The position numbers were made by a program, and so were the translations under genes. 64,000 nucleotides of DNA. Source: Macrostomum lignano (Eukaryota). The notes under the pieces are model-generated. The model searched no databases and was not told where the DNA came from. It saw only the letters and a program-made list of their open reading frames with translations. Shown here in pieces: positions 13,206 through 25,322 of the stretch. Numbering within the stretch: position 1 is the first letter of the stretch; each line of letters begins with the position of its first letter. The stretch is from NCBI GenBank assembly GCA_002269645.1, contig NIVC01003503.1:1-64000 (forward strand), given 5' to 3'.

Positions 13206-14925
13206 TCAAGGCTCGCTTGAGATGCTGCTGATGCTGAGGCTCTTTGTAGACTGTTTTGGCGGCGGCGCGTGACTCTTTTTTCTGACTCCCAACTGCTGGA
13301 TTGAAGAAGCTGCCGGCTTGGAGCTTGACGCTCTTGCTTTCTTCCTGCCAAAGGAGGCGATGTCGAAGATAAGCTCAAACAGCTCGCACAGGGTGAGCAG
13401 AGACATTCCCAGGTAGATGCCCATGATGCCGCCGACGTCCGAGATGAAGTCCTGCAAACCGTAGTCGATCGAGAAGTTCATCCGATCGCACAGAACTCGA
13501 TGCGGCTTGAAGTGTACTTTGAGCATGTTGCTGCGGATGTATGAGGACACGATCGACTCGTTTCCGTTCACGACGAGGTCGAGAGCCGGAACACTCAGAT
13601 TCTTAGACTTGGCCTTCATCCAAACAGGCTTGATGGAGCTGCTGACGAACGGCATCATTGAGCTCTGAGTGGGCCAGTCGGAACTGGAGATGGTCGCGCT
13701 GTACTGCAGTGTGCTGCAAAGTCGTTTAGCTTTACATGTCTCTTTCGATTTTACGTCGATCTGACTGGTGAGAGGTTCCAGAGATGGGTCGCTAAAAAAT
13801 ACCAAGAAGTTTGGATCACCTGTAAGGTTAAGTGCGAACTTCTTTCCACGCAGAGGCCACGGAAGAGGACCGGCATCGCTTGACAGATTGACGAGCTGCT
13901 GCATCTGTCGGTGGAACTCGTAGTAGAAGCAGTACGAGTAGCTGTACGAGTGCTTGTATGGAGTCTCGTCATACGGGTTCACGAACTGAACGTCCGGCGG
14001 GTCGCTCAGACAGTCGAACTGACCAGCCTTGTACACCTGCTGCGTCATGTGGCATGTGACCACGTCAGGTGTGGGACTTTCCGGGTCCCAGCGAGAAAGA
14101 GCTCACGAAATCGGACGGATACTCACCTGAAGGCGTGAGGAACACTTTCACACCTGCCTGTCTGTCGGGTCCGTTGTAGTCGGCGACATTGAGCGACCAG
14201 TCGGACACAGGAATGGGAGTTCGTCTTGCGTACACCATCTTTTGGATCGAGTGTCCGCTTGATGCGAGTCCTTGGAACGACGAGTCCGTAACCAGGGTGA
14301 CCACAATACCGGATGATGAGCCGGTCTGTACGATCTTTTGTTGCCACGTGCTGTTCAGAGTCCACCTGAGACAGCGCAAGTACATCGGATGGTAGAAGGT
14401 CTGCGCTTTGATGGACACATATTCGGCCATTCCGTAACCTGTTTTAAACTTGAAGTCACTCGTGATGATGCTCTGTTCGTTTCGGTGAGCCAGAGCATCA
14501 ATCAACAGCTGATATGATATTGACTGAGGATAGGAACGTGAGAGCGTCATCTCTTGGGGTGTAGCGTCCATTGATCCGTTTCTTTGAAGTTTTCGCCGTA
14601 GGAGTGTTTGAGAGCCAATGAGCTGAGCGTTGATTGCAGCAGCCGATGCCTCATCAATAGTAGCAGAGTAGCTGCCAGAGATCGGGTTCTCGAAACAGGC
14701 GTACACATCCGGGAACTGGAAGTTGAGACTGTTTCCATCAAGCGAGCTGGTGACCTGCCGAGACTGCAGCTTGACAACGAATTGGTAGAATCCGTAAAAG
14801 AAGAGTCCCGACATCAGCAGCATCAGGATGAGCCAGAAAGCTCGCACAATCAGCGGTTTGCTGCTCACTACTCTGGGTAGTCCGTGTACTGATGTTGAAG
14901 CCATGGCTTTCTTGACTTGCTGCAT
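13206..14925 (-). pseudogene. DEG/ENaC subunit, copy 3 (one disrupted patch at ~14050-14070)
   Basis: ORFs 14065..14925 and 13206..14063 abut. Sequence gtggcatgtgaccacgtcag replaces gtcgatctcgac of the intact copies. Confidence 0.9.
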
Positions 14926-15763
14926 GCTTGATTTTTCTCGGTTTTAATTTTTTGAATGCGAAGCTTCCTCTCTGACCGGGATGACTTGCTATTTTTGTGA
15001 TGCTTTTTTAACCATTTGGCGATCGCCTCCGTTCTTCGCCCCCCGGCGGACGGCTCATTGTGCATTGTCTGATCGCATATCTATGTAAAGTACATTGCTC
15101 AATGCTCAATATCGGCACCGAACAAATCTTCTAAATAAATATTATGGCTCCGCCCATGTGGAGGCTTTGAGCTTTTTCTACATTTTTTAACTTTCTTTTT
15201 TCGTCGGAGTCCGCCATTCATTTTCGCCACTGCTGTACCACTCACATGAAAATCAATTCTATTGAACTTGAAAGTGACTGGTCATACGCAGACAAGTCTG
15301 CTGAAGTTAAAATATGGGTTGCATTGTAACACTGCAACTATTTACTCAGCTAGACGTTGCTCACAAAAAATACGAACGTATTGTACAGCACCTTTTACAA
15401 ACAGATGCCATTGAAACAGACTTAGTAAAAGGCTTTTTGGTATAGAGAAAGTGCATTTTGCTGGTTGAAGCCACATAAACGCATTGGAAGCAGGGCAAAC
15501 GATAGAACCTTAAATCAATACTCTTTTGGAACAAATGGTTTCAAAAAGATCCCACTGAATTATGGATATGCTATGAAAATTTGCTGTGCTACTGCAAACG
15601 CACTGTGTAAAATTAAAATCAACTATTTATCAGAGAGCGAGAGTTGTGTCCATCAACTTGGGAAGAGAGCCAAAGCGATTTTGGGAGTGTTTGTACAGCT
15701 TAGAGATCGCGATTTATGAGTAGCAGCCAAAATTAAATCTTAGCAAAGTTTTGAAACACTGCA

Positions 15764-16080
15764 TTATAAGTGCAGCACACTAGAGCTCTGAAGAAGAATG
15801 CAGCAAGTACTGGATGCCACAGCATCTTCCGAAACAGACCGACTGTCACGGGTTGGAAGCAAGACGCTGTACGAGCGTATATGCGATTGGAAACAGGTGG
15901 TGGAAACAGGTTGAACTTCCAGTTTTCCTGTAAGCTTTTTGTTATGAGAACCCGATCTCTGGTAGCTACTCTGCGACTGTGGATGAGGCATCAGCCGCTG
16001 CAATCAATGCTCAGCTCAGTGGCTCGCAAGTTGTAATGAGGCGAGGGCTTTCAATGCTTGGGTACGTCAGTGTTACGTTT
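15764..16080 (+). pseudogene. Inverted, degenerate 5' fragment of an ENaC copy (copy-6 type)
   Basis: The + strand reads ...LNFQF...ENPISGSYSATVDEASAAAINAQLSGSQVVMRRGLSMLGYV, matching copy 6 (AQLNDSQVVMRRELSMLGYV) in the opposite orientation to the array. Confidence 0.85.
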
Positions 16081-16789
16081 TCTACTTCAACAATTATTAC
16101 ATCCTCAAGGCTATCATCGGACATAAAAGTATAAGTCGAAGAAGCTTTGTTTAGAGTACCGCGATTCACGGCTTATATTTGCCTCTAACGAGCTCACACA
16201 GATGATTGTTCTTTGCGGTACTGTAGTATTCGGCTCTTAAGGTAATAAAAGGTCCTACCCTAGACAATAGACATGCAGAGAGAACTAAAGTCCGTTTAGT
16301 TTTTTGTCTATACACAACATTCCCCTTTGTCAATATTTTTTCTCCGGATCTGCATGCTTTAACTATACTGTAGGCGATCCGATTTTCTCAGCTTGCTTCG
16401 ATCGCTCAGTATCCTTGTGCCCACGCCTTTTGCTCTAGGGTCAGCGTCATCCTGGTCTGTGTCCGCTGCCTGAGATTCTCCTCGGCTTGGGACGTCTTAG
16501 ACCCGCTGAGTTGATTCACTCTCTCGCCGCTCTTTCTCGGTAGTAGTTTGGTCGCTCTGAACTCTCCTAGGATCCTCCAGAATAGTTCAGAGAGTAGTTC
16601 AAATGATAGATGACGAGCCTGGACACAACGGTTTGTTGTGTCCAGGTAATTCTGCTCTGACGATTTGGTCGACGTGTCGCTTCCAGGCTTGTCCGTTGAC
16701 CAACAGTGCGGACGATCACCTTGGCAGAAATCCACCTATTCTCTCGCTCCCTTCTGAAGTCCAACGTCAGAACTGAGTCTCCTTGGATG

Positions 16790-16925
16790 CAACCGACGCA
16801 GAGTTGAACAATAAAGATTGGAGTCAGGTGAATGAAGAGCTGTCTTTTCATGAGCTGTAGCTCGCATACAAGCTAGACCCGCTTGCTCCCTCGAGCTAAG
16901 ACTTAAATTGGCGCAGTACTGCGCT
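16790..16925 (+). mobile_element. Possible LTR 3' end with PBS-like TGGCGCAG
   Basis: aataaa at ~16811, then ...gacttaaat-tggcgcagt at ~16908. No 5' LTR boundary or internal ORF was resolved. Confidence 0.3.
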
Positions 16926-18433
16926 TTGCAATGTGCTTTTCTGTTCTGATCTCTGTTTACGTTTTTATATTTTTCACTGCATTTGTTTTGTATTTTCTTG
17001 TTATTTTTCTATTATATATTCAGCAGTTAAGAACGTGTATCTTTTTTTCAACAGCTTACCAGCATCAAAATTTATCAGCACAAAACTTCTTAGTCTGTAG
17101 AATTTTCTTTAATTGATTATTGAATAAGAGCAAGGCGGTGGTTCATTCAGTTATTTATCAACGGTACTTAGATCAAAGAGAAAACAAGGGGAGAGTGAGT
17201 GATTTGTTTCACTGCCGCCGCCGTGTATTTATAGCTTTGTTATTGTCTTCCGGAAATTTCTAGAAAGATTTAGCTAATTTTAAAAAAGCGAAATAACCCT
17301 TTAATTATATACATTACGTAAATATAATTAGAACATTAATACTTAAGTGATAATTAATTATTTACTATTTATATGCGTATGTTATAAATTAGCTGCTAAC
17401 TCAAAGAAGTTTCTGGAAATAGTTTTTGACTTTTAGAAATCTGAAGAAATTTCGGGAAAGTCATTAAAGTACGCTACAAGTCTATTTTTTGTCCTGAGAA
17501 AGGGCACATAAACTGCATGTGCCGCTGTCCAATATTGGATAATCTACTGCGATGCATTAGGCTGTAGTATTGAAGTATTGAATTTACATTTAGCAAAACG
17601 TCATGACGTCATTCGTGATCTACATGTACAAATCGCACACAGTGAATCAAATCACGGAGTACATTTGCTCATCATGTAAAGTAAATTAAACGAGAAAGTA
17701 AATTCACTTAGGCAAAGTAAATTAACCTGCTGAACGCATGGTGCCGGCTAGGCAAATTACCTTTCAGCAGTAAATTTGCTCCCAGGAAGATTTTGCGGGA
17801 GAATAATTTGCCGAAATTTACTTCACCAGCGCAGCAGCGGCGTCAGTTAATTTACGTTAATAAACGTTAATCGCGTGACGAAATTTATTATTGTTTGAAA
17901 GTTAATTAACCATTAAGCTACATGTATTAGTTATAACCCTCAATATTAACCCTCGTTTTAAAGGGGCAATAAAATTTTGTGCTGAGAAAATAAAGACTTC
18001 CTGTCTACGTAGTGTATTTTTCGGCGAAAATTGGCCTTCAAAACTTTTTCCGTGAAACGTGATCCTCGCTTCCTGCATATACGCTGCTTGTCCTAGTCTA
18101 AGCAAGGCTTAACCTGTTCGGTTTAGAGCTAAATAAAAAATTCAAGTTCGAATTTCTGAAAAGGCATTATGAATGACGAGCATTTCTAACCAGGACAAAG
18201 AGGAAAAGAGAACAGATTATCATGTGCAGCTATTTTAATGTTAATAGAAGTTTGTCATTAACCCTTATTTTGTATCGCCTCAAAAGAACCGGCAAAGCTA
18301 TACTCGTACTCCAGGAAAGAAGAGAACTAAATAATTGACTAATATTTGCATATTGCTTGAGATCTGCATAACAGTACATGTACTATTACAATAATAGCTT
18401 CCTTCAACAGCAGATACTTCCTCACGGAGGATG

Positions 18434-20086
18434 CTATTCTGTGCACTGATTATCGCTACTTTGTTCTTGCAGATCACCTAGCTGCTGAGCGCTCGATACT
18501 TTGGTCTTTTTCCTGCCAAAGGAGGCGATGTCGAAGATGAGTTCGAACAGCACGCACAGGGTGAGCAGAGACATTCCCAGGTAGATGCCCATGATGCCGC
18601 CGACGTCCGAGATGAAGTCCTGCAAACCGTAGTCAATGGAGAAGTTCATCCGATCGCACAGAACTCGATGCGGCTTGAAGTGCACTTTGAGCATGTTGCT
18701 GCGGATGTATGAGGACACGATCGACTCGTTTCCGTTCACGACGAGGTCGAGAGCCGGAACACTCAGATTCTTAGACTTGGCCCTCATCCAAACAGGTTGG
18801 ATTGAGCTGCTGACGAACGGCATCATTGAGCTCTGAGTGGGCCAGTCGGAACTGGAGATGGTCGCGCTATACTGCAGTGTGCTGCAAAGTCGTTTAGCTT
18901 TACATGCCTTTTTCGATTTTACGTCGATCTGACTGATGAGAGGTTCCAGAGATGGGTCGCTAAAAAATACCAAGAAGTTTGGATCACCTGTAAGGTTGAG
19001 TGCGAACTTCTTTCCACGCAGAGGCCACGGAAGAGGACCGGCATCGCTTGACAGATTGACGAGCTGCTGCATCTGTCGGTGGAACTCGTAGTAGAAGCAG
19101 TACGAGTAGCTGTACGAGTGCTTGTATGGAGTCTCGTCGTACGGGTTCACGAACTGAACGTCCGGCGGGTCGCTCAGACAGTCGAACTGACCAGCCTTGT
19201 ACACCTGCTGCGTCATGTCGATCTCGACGGTGTGGGACTTTCCGGGTCCAAGCGAGAACGAGCTCACGAAGTCGGATGGATACTCACCTGGAGGCGTGAG
19301 GAACACTTTCACACCTGCCTGTCTGTCGGGTCCGTTGTAGTCGGCGACATTGAGCGACCAGTTGGACACAGGAATGGGAGTTCGTCTTGCGTACACCATC
19401 TTGCGGATCGAGTGTCCGCTCGATGCGAGTCCTTGAAACGACGAGTCCGTAACCAGGGTGACCACAATGCCGGATGATGAGCCGGTCTGTTCAATCTGTT
19501 GTTGCCACGTGCTGTTCAGAGTCCACTTGAGACAGCGCAAGTACATCGGATGGTAGAAGGTCTGCGCTTTGATGGACACATATTCGGCCATTCCGTAACC
19601 TGTTTTAAACTTGAAGTCACTCGTGATGATGCTCTGTTCGTTTCGGTGAGCCAGAGCATCAATCAACAGCTGATATGATATTGACTGAGGATAGGAACGT
19701 GAGAGCGTCATCTCTTGGGGTGTAGCGTCCATTGATCCGTTTCTTTGAAGTTTTCGCCGTAGGAGTGTTTGAGAGCCAATGAGCTGAGCGTTGATTGCAG
19801 CAGCCGATGCCTCATCAATAGTAGCAGAGTAGCTGCCAGAGATCGGGTTCTCGAAACAGGTGTACACATCCGGGAACTGGAAGTTGAGGCTGTTTCCATC
19901 AAGCGAGCTGGTGACCTGCCGAGACTGCAGCTTGACAACGAATTGGTAGAATCCGTAAAAGAAGAGTCCCGACATCAGCAGCATCAGGATGAGCCAGAAA
20001 GCTCGCACAATCAGCGGTTTGCTGCTCACTACTCTGGGTAGTCCGTGCACTGATGTTGAAGCCATGGCTTTCTTGACTTGCTGCAT
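18434..20086 (-). CDS. DEG/ENaC channel subunit, copy 4 (intact, 550 aa, single exon)
   Basis: Uninterrupted ORF with the N-terminal HG motif, two TM helices, FPDVYTC and the TM2 GMS (GxS) filter. Confidence 0.95.
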   Translation of the reverse strand: MQQVKKAMASTSVHGLPRVVSSKPLIVRAFWLILMLLMSGLFFYGFYQFVVKLQSRQVTSSLDGNSLNFQFPDVYTCFENPISGSYSATIDEASAAAINAQLIGSQTLLRRKLQRNGSMDATPQEMTLSRSYPQSISYQLLIDALAHRNEQSIITSDFKFKTGYGMAEYVSIKAQTFYHPMYLRCLKWTLNSTWQQQIEQTGSSSGIVVTLVTDSSFQGLASSGHSIRKMVYARRTPIPVSNWSLNVADYNGPDRQAGVKVFLTPPGEYPSDFVSSFSLGPGKSHTVEIDMTQQVYKAGQFDCLSDPPDVQFVNPYDETPYKHSYSYSYCFYYEFHRQMQQLVNLSSDAGPLPWPLRGKKFALNLTGDPNFLVFFSDPSLEPLISQIDVKSKKACKAKRLCSTLQYSATISSSDWPTQSSMMPFVSSSIQPVWMRAKSKNLSVPALDLVVNGNESIVSSYIRSNMLKVHFKPHRVLCDRMNFSIDYGLQDFISDVGGIMGIYLGMSLLTLCVLFELIFDIASFGRKKTKVSSAQQLGDLQEQSSDNQCTE

Positions 20087-20349
20087 GCTTGGTTTTTCTC
20101 GGTTTTAATTTTTTGAATGCGAAGCTTCCTCTCTGACCGGGATGACTTGCTATTTTTGCGATGCTTTTTTAAGTAGTTGGCAATCGCCTCCGTTCTCCGC
20201 CCCCGGCGTACGGCTCAGTGTACATTGTCTGATCGCATTTTTATGTAATGTACATTGCTCAATGCTCAATATCGGCACCGAACAAATCTAGAACTTTCTA
20301 GAACCCCTAGAACTTTCTGGAACATTCTAGAAGCTTACTATGTGGGTAT

Positions 20350-21400
20350 ATTTTGAGGGTGGGTGCGTGCGATCTTGAGAGACTACTTTTCATGATTGTT
20401 GCTATCGAAGACAGATCAACTACATGGATCTCTCTCGACCCTATATTTGTGGCCTGTTACTCTACGACTTCAAATTTGACACCAAAGCAGCCGAATAGAG
20501 CCGCTGCATTAACAGTGCATTTGGTGCTGCTACTGTGTCTGAATGCACTGCGCAAGATTGGTTTGCTCGGTTTCGCCAGGGAGATTTCAGCCTCGAAGAT
20601 TATTTGCCCCGGTCAGGGCGTCCTTCTGAGGTGGATGATGACCATCTACCTGTGCGCACTCATTGAGGCTGACTCCCAAAAAACCACGCGTGGGTTGGCG
20701 CAAGTCCTTGGGGTAGACCATCAAACGATCACCACTCACACTTGCATCAACTGGGCAAGGTGTACGAGGGAGGGGTGTCCCAAAAGTCGGTGCAATTTAT
20801 TCACTACAGCCTTTTCTGACTGATCAGAAATATTTAGTTTGTAGCAGTTGAAAAGAGAATTATCTGCCCGTTAAAATGACTTTCTATTTATTTCTCTATC
20901 TGCTGGCATTCTTGAGATATGAGCACTTTTCTGCCCCACCGCCTGCGCTACTTCTACAAATTGCCATTGACCAAAGCATTGTACCTGACGCATGAAAAAA
21001 CGAAACATCCAACGAATCAGCAAAACATCCGCAACATGAAAGCTGAGGAAAGACCAGTCAAAAGTGAGTCATCAATATTTTCCTGAGGCTTCTCCACATA
21101 GTTTACCACTGCGTTGCACACATTCTGCCATCCGCTGTATATGTCGTCAATATTCCCCCAACTGGCGCCCAGCGACTACCATCTGCTCTTGGCTTTGATG
21201 AACGCCTTGACGAGTAAAACGCCTTTTGCTGATGAAAAAGCGCTGGATAACCGGCTCAACGACTTTTTTGCCTCGAAACCTGAGAAATTCTACACTGATG
21301 GCACTACGTCTCTGCCTGAAAAAATGGCAGAAGGTGCTTGTTTCGGATGACAATTACTTTGTTTCTTAAGGTCCTTCTATATTTTAAAAAAACTCCGTTT
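20350..21400 (+). mobile_element. Decayed mariner (Mos1-like) with its central part missing or replaced
   Basis: N-part ALIEADSQKTTRGLAQVLGVDHQTI; C-part PQLAPSDYHLLLALMNALTSKTPF...FFASKPEKFYTDG. At ~20762 a tacgagg...ggtgtcccaaaagt segment matches the TIR start of the mariner at 52320. Confidence 0.75.
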
Positions 21401-22184
21401 GGAAGAAGGTTCTAGAAACCGCGAGAACATTCTTGAAAACCGAATAGAACAATAGTGCATTGCAGATCAGGTAGCTTTAGACAGAAATTTTGGAGTTCAG
21501 CTATATCAATTATGAACAAGCGGAGTCTTTTAGCAGTCTTGTAAATCAAAGCCGGCAAATTTGAAGTCAAGGCACAAAGCAAGTTAAAAGTAGATAGAAC
21601 ACTTTACCCGGTTTTTCTTCAGGACAGCCGTGGGTTCTCTTGACGCCATGTCGCTTGTCTCAATTCATCAGTGGACAAGGCCGCAGTCTCTCCTTCTACT
21701 CTTACGTCGTAGTTGATCATGCACGGCTCAGTGAAAGTTTAAACGGTTGAAAGGGCCTGTCAAATTAAGCTCATAGAGTGGAGTCCAAGTAACCTTCCGG
21801 TATGTACACGAATGATACTTCATGCTGCTTGCAGTGACACCAGGAAGCTGGATTTGGCAAAAAAATTTACAAAAATTGGACCTGGAATTGGACAGAACAA
21901 GCAAAGGGACAATTTAGAACTATTATGTAAGCTTCAGCTCGCAAGGTGGAGTCCCTAATTATTCCCTTGATTGTTCTCTCCTATCCCACGTCCAATTTTT
22001 GCTGATTTTATCACAAGGCGTAATAAGCTTCCATTCATGCGTACGACAATCAACCACTCCTCGGATTATTCCATCATGGCACGCAGGCTTCTGATGCTTG
22101 AACTCATTCTCCTGGCTGACCTCAGCTGCTGACTGTTTGAGGTCGCAGGTTAAGGCCTTGCTGTAACTATACTAGGCTACATCA

Positions 22185-22262
22185 AAAATGAGCTAGAACA
22201 GCTCGCACAGGGTTAGATGAGATTTCCATGATGCCGCCGACGTCCGAGATGAATTCCTGCAC
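22185..22262 (-). pseudogene. Short degenerate ENaC TM2 fragment
   Basis: gatgccgccgacgtccgagatgaa and acagctcgcacaggg match the TM2 coding sequence of the array copies. Confidence 0.75.
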
Positions 22263-22779
22263 CAAAGCTAGTTCACACATCCATTGCAGTAGGCCCAGAC
22301 GACACAATAGGGTGTACCATGCTGTCACCTATCATTGGACAATAGTTATACATGTACGATTATGTATGCTTTAATTAGTATTTCCGAGTAATCCAAGTAT
22401 AGTATTAATCAAAATTGTAGAACTTTATGAAAAAAAATATCTGGATATTTGCAACATTTGTCTCTTCAACCTCTGTGCTCTTCAAGCACAAGCAAATTCG
22501 AGATAACTTCAAAGAAGTTAACTACAGCAGTAAATATTACGTACTGTTAACTTTTTTGATCTAGAGTAATTGCCATTCAAGAATTGACCATGCAGGTAGA
22601 CTACTCTCATTAAGTTCTGCCTGATCAAGTAGCCTCAAATGATATGGTCACTCGAACGTAAATCAACGGGATTACGCGCACGCAAGGTCCATTAAATACG
22701 AGCTAAGACGCGTGAAGTTGTTAACCTGTCGTTTGATATTTCAACGCTTAGCCAGAATCTCAACAGGAAAATGAACAAT

Positions 22780-24492
22780 TCAAGGCACGCTTGAGATGCT
22801 GCTGATGCTGAGGCTCTTAGTAGACTCTTTCGGCGGCAAGTGACTCTCTTCGCTGACTTTGAACTGCTGGATTGTAGAAACAGATGCCTGCTTGGAGCTT
22901 GACGCTCTTGCTTTCTTCCTGCCAAATAAGGCGATGTCGAAGATGAGCTCGAACAGCTCGCACAGGGTGAGCAGAGACATTCCCAGGTAGATGCCCATGA
23001 TGCCGCCGACGTCCGAGATGAAGTCCTGCAAACCGTAGTCCATCGAGAAGTTCATCCGATCGCACAGAACTCGATGCGGCTTGAAGTGCACTTTGAGCAT
23101 GTTGCTGCGGATGTATGAGGACACGATCGACTCGTTTCCGTTCACGACGAGGTCGAGAGCCGGAACACTCAGATTCTTAGACTTGGCCCTCATCCAAACA
23201 GGTTCGATGGAGCTGCTGACGAACGGCATCATTGAGCTCTGAGTGGGCCAGTCGGAACTGGAGATGGTCGCGCTGTACTGCAGTGTGCTGCAAAGTCGTT
23301 TAGCTTTACATGTCTCTTTCGATTTTACGTCGATCTGACTGGTGAGAGGTTCCAGAGATGGGTCGCTAAAAAATACCAAGAAGTTTGGATCACCTGTAAG
23401 GTTAAGTGCGAACTTCTTTCCACGCAGAGGCCACGGAAGAGGACCGGCATCGCTTGACAGATTGACGAGCTGCTGCATCTGTCGGTGGAACTCGTAGTAG
23501 AAGCAGTACGAGTAGCTGTACGAGTGCTTGTATGGAGTCTCGTCGTACGGGTTCACGAACTGAACGTCCGGCGGGTCGCTCAGACAGTCGAACTGACCAG
23601 CCTTGTACACCTGCTGCGTCATGTCGATCTCGACGGTGTGGGACTTTCCGGGTCCAAGCGAGAACGAGCTCACGAAGTCGGATGGATACTCACCTGGAGG
23701 CGTGAGGAACACTTTCACACCTGCTTGTCTGTCGGGTCCGTTGTAGTCGGCGACATTGAGCGACCAGTCGGACACAGGAATGGGAGTTCGTCTTGCGTAC
23801 ACCATCTTTTGGATCGAGTGTCCGCTCGATGCGAGTCCTTGAAACGACGAGTCCGTAACCAAGGTGACCACAATGCCGGATGATGAGCCGGTCTGTACGA
23901 TCTTTTGTTGCCACGTGCTGTACAGAGTCCACTTGAGACAGCGCAAGTACATCGGATGGTAGAAGGTCTGCGCTTTGATGGACACATATTCGGCCATTCC
24001 GTAACCTGTTTTAAACTTGAAGTCACTCGTGATGATGCTCTGTTCGTTTCGGTGAGCAAGCGCATCAATCAACAGCTGATATGATATTGACTGAGGATAG
24101 GCACGGGATAGTCTCATTTCTTGGGGTGTAGTTTCTGTTAATCCGTTTATTTGCAATCCCCGCCGTAGGACAGTCTGAGAGCTATTGAGCTGATCGTTGA
24201 TTGCAGCAGCCGATGCCTCATCAATAGTAGCAGAGTAGCTGCCAGAGATCGGGTTCTCGAAACAGGTGTACACATCCGGGAACTGGAAGTTGAGACTGTT
24301 TCCATCGACTGAGCTGGTGACCTGCCGAGACTGCAGCTTGACAACGAATCGGTAGAAACCATAGAAGAAAAGCCCCGACATCAGCAGCATCATTGTAAAC
24401 CAGAAAGCTCGCACAACCAGTGGTTTGCTGCTCACTACTCTGGGCAGTCCGTGCACTGATGTTGAAGCCATGGCTTCCTTAAATTGCTGCAT
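22780..24492 (-). CDS. DEG/ENaC channel subunit, copy 5 (intact, 570 aa, single exon)
   Basis: Uninterrupted ORF with all DEG/ENaC hallmark motifs. Confidence 0.95.
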   Translation of the reverse strand: MQQFKEAMASTSVHGLPRVVSSKPLVVRAFWFTMMLLMSGLFFYGFYRFVVKLQSRQVTSSVDGNSLNFQFPDVYTCFENPISGSYSATIDEASAAAINDQLNSSQTVLRRGLQINGLTETTPQEMRLSRAYPQSISYQLLIDALAHRNEQSIITSDFKFKTGYGMAEYVSIKAQTFYHPMYLRCLKWTLYSTWQQKIVQTGSSSGIVVTLVTDSSFQGLASSGHSIQKMVYARRTPIPVSDWSLNVADYNGPDRQAGVKVFLTPPGEYPSDFVSSFSLGPGKSHTVEIDMTQQVYKAGQFDCLSDPPDVQFVNPYDETPYKHSYSYSYCFYYEFHRQMQQLVNLSSDAGPLPWPLRGKKFALNLTGDPNFLVFFSDPSLEPLTSQIDVKSKETCKAKRLCSTLQYSATISSSDWPTQSSMMPFVSSSIEPVWMRAKSKNLSVPALDLVVNGNESIVSSYIRSNMLKVHFKPHRVLCDRMNFSMDYGLQDFISDVGGIMGIYLGMSLLTLCELFELIFDIALFGRKKARASSSKQASVSTIQQFKVSEESHLPPKESTKSLSISSISSVP

Positions 24493-25073
24493 GCTTGTTT
24501 CTTCGTGGTTTTAATTGTTTGATGCGAAGCATTCTCTCTTCCCGGGAATTACTGCTATTTATGAACCGTTTTTACTCTGAGTCTTCTGTTCCTTTTTTGC
24601 CACTCCTCCTCCACTCACATGAAAATCAATACTTCCTGGAATTTGAGTTTCGCTTCAGCAAGTACTTCAATTTCTGCAGCTGTGGGAAAGCTCAGTATTC
24701 TGAATTAATTAAGCATCGCAGTACGAGAAATTTCACTAATATTATCAGGCTTATGGATCTGCCAACTCTAGCATATTATAGCGAGTCTCGGCTGTTAGGA
24801 CGTAGGCAATCAGCCGTGTGCTTGCATTCGTGCGCATAAAGATTTGCAACGGTAATCTATAATATAGCAGTTGCAGAGAATTCTGCAAACCCTACAGCTG
24901 AGGGATGTTAGTTTTGGTTTATGTTTCTTTAGTGAGGCAATACTCTTGTAAAAATATTAGATGTGTGCTAGCTTTCGTCAAGACTGCTTTCCCAATAGTC
25001 TTGAGTAAATAACGAAGACCATATTGAATTAACTATCCACCTGCAGCGCTGGCGGGTATGACGAGGCAGTCAT

Positions 25074-25322
25074 TAAGGTGTCGTCTCTATTGCCACCTAG
25101 TCACTGGAGCCAAGATGAAGTTCTGATTCTGGCTCAGATGTTAGCGCTGCATGAGTACAGACACAGACGGCCTTTGAATCATTGAGCATCCGCTGTGTGG
25201 CTTGAGAAATCACCTGTGTGTTAAATCAAATCCGTTACTTTTCGATGGACGCGTTGCTTCATGAATGGACAGCCACGAGGACTCATTGACTGCTGCGAGC
25301 ATGTCACCAACGCGACACCTTA
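25074..25322. mobile_element. Possible ~250-bp MITE
   Basis: 10-bp inverted termini taaggtgtcg (25074) and cgacacctta (25313-25322), each ending in TA. Confidence 0.35.
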
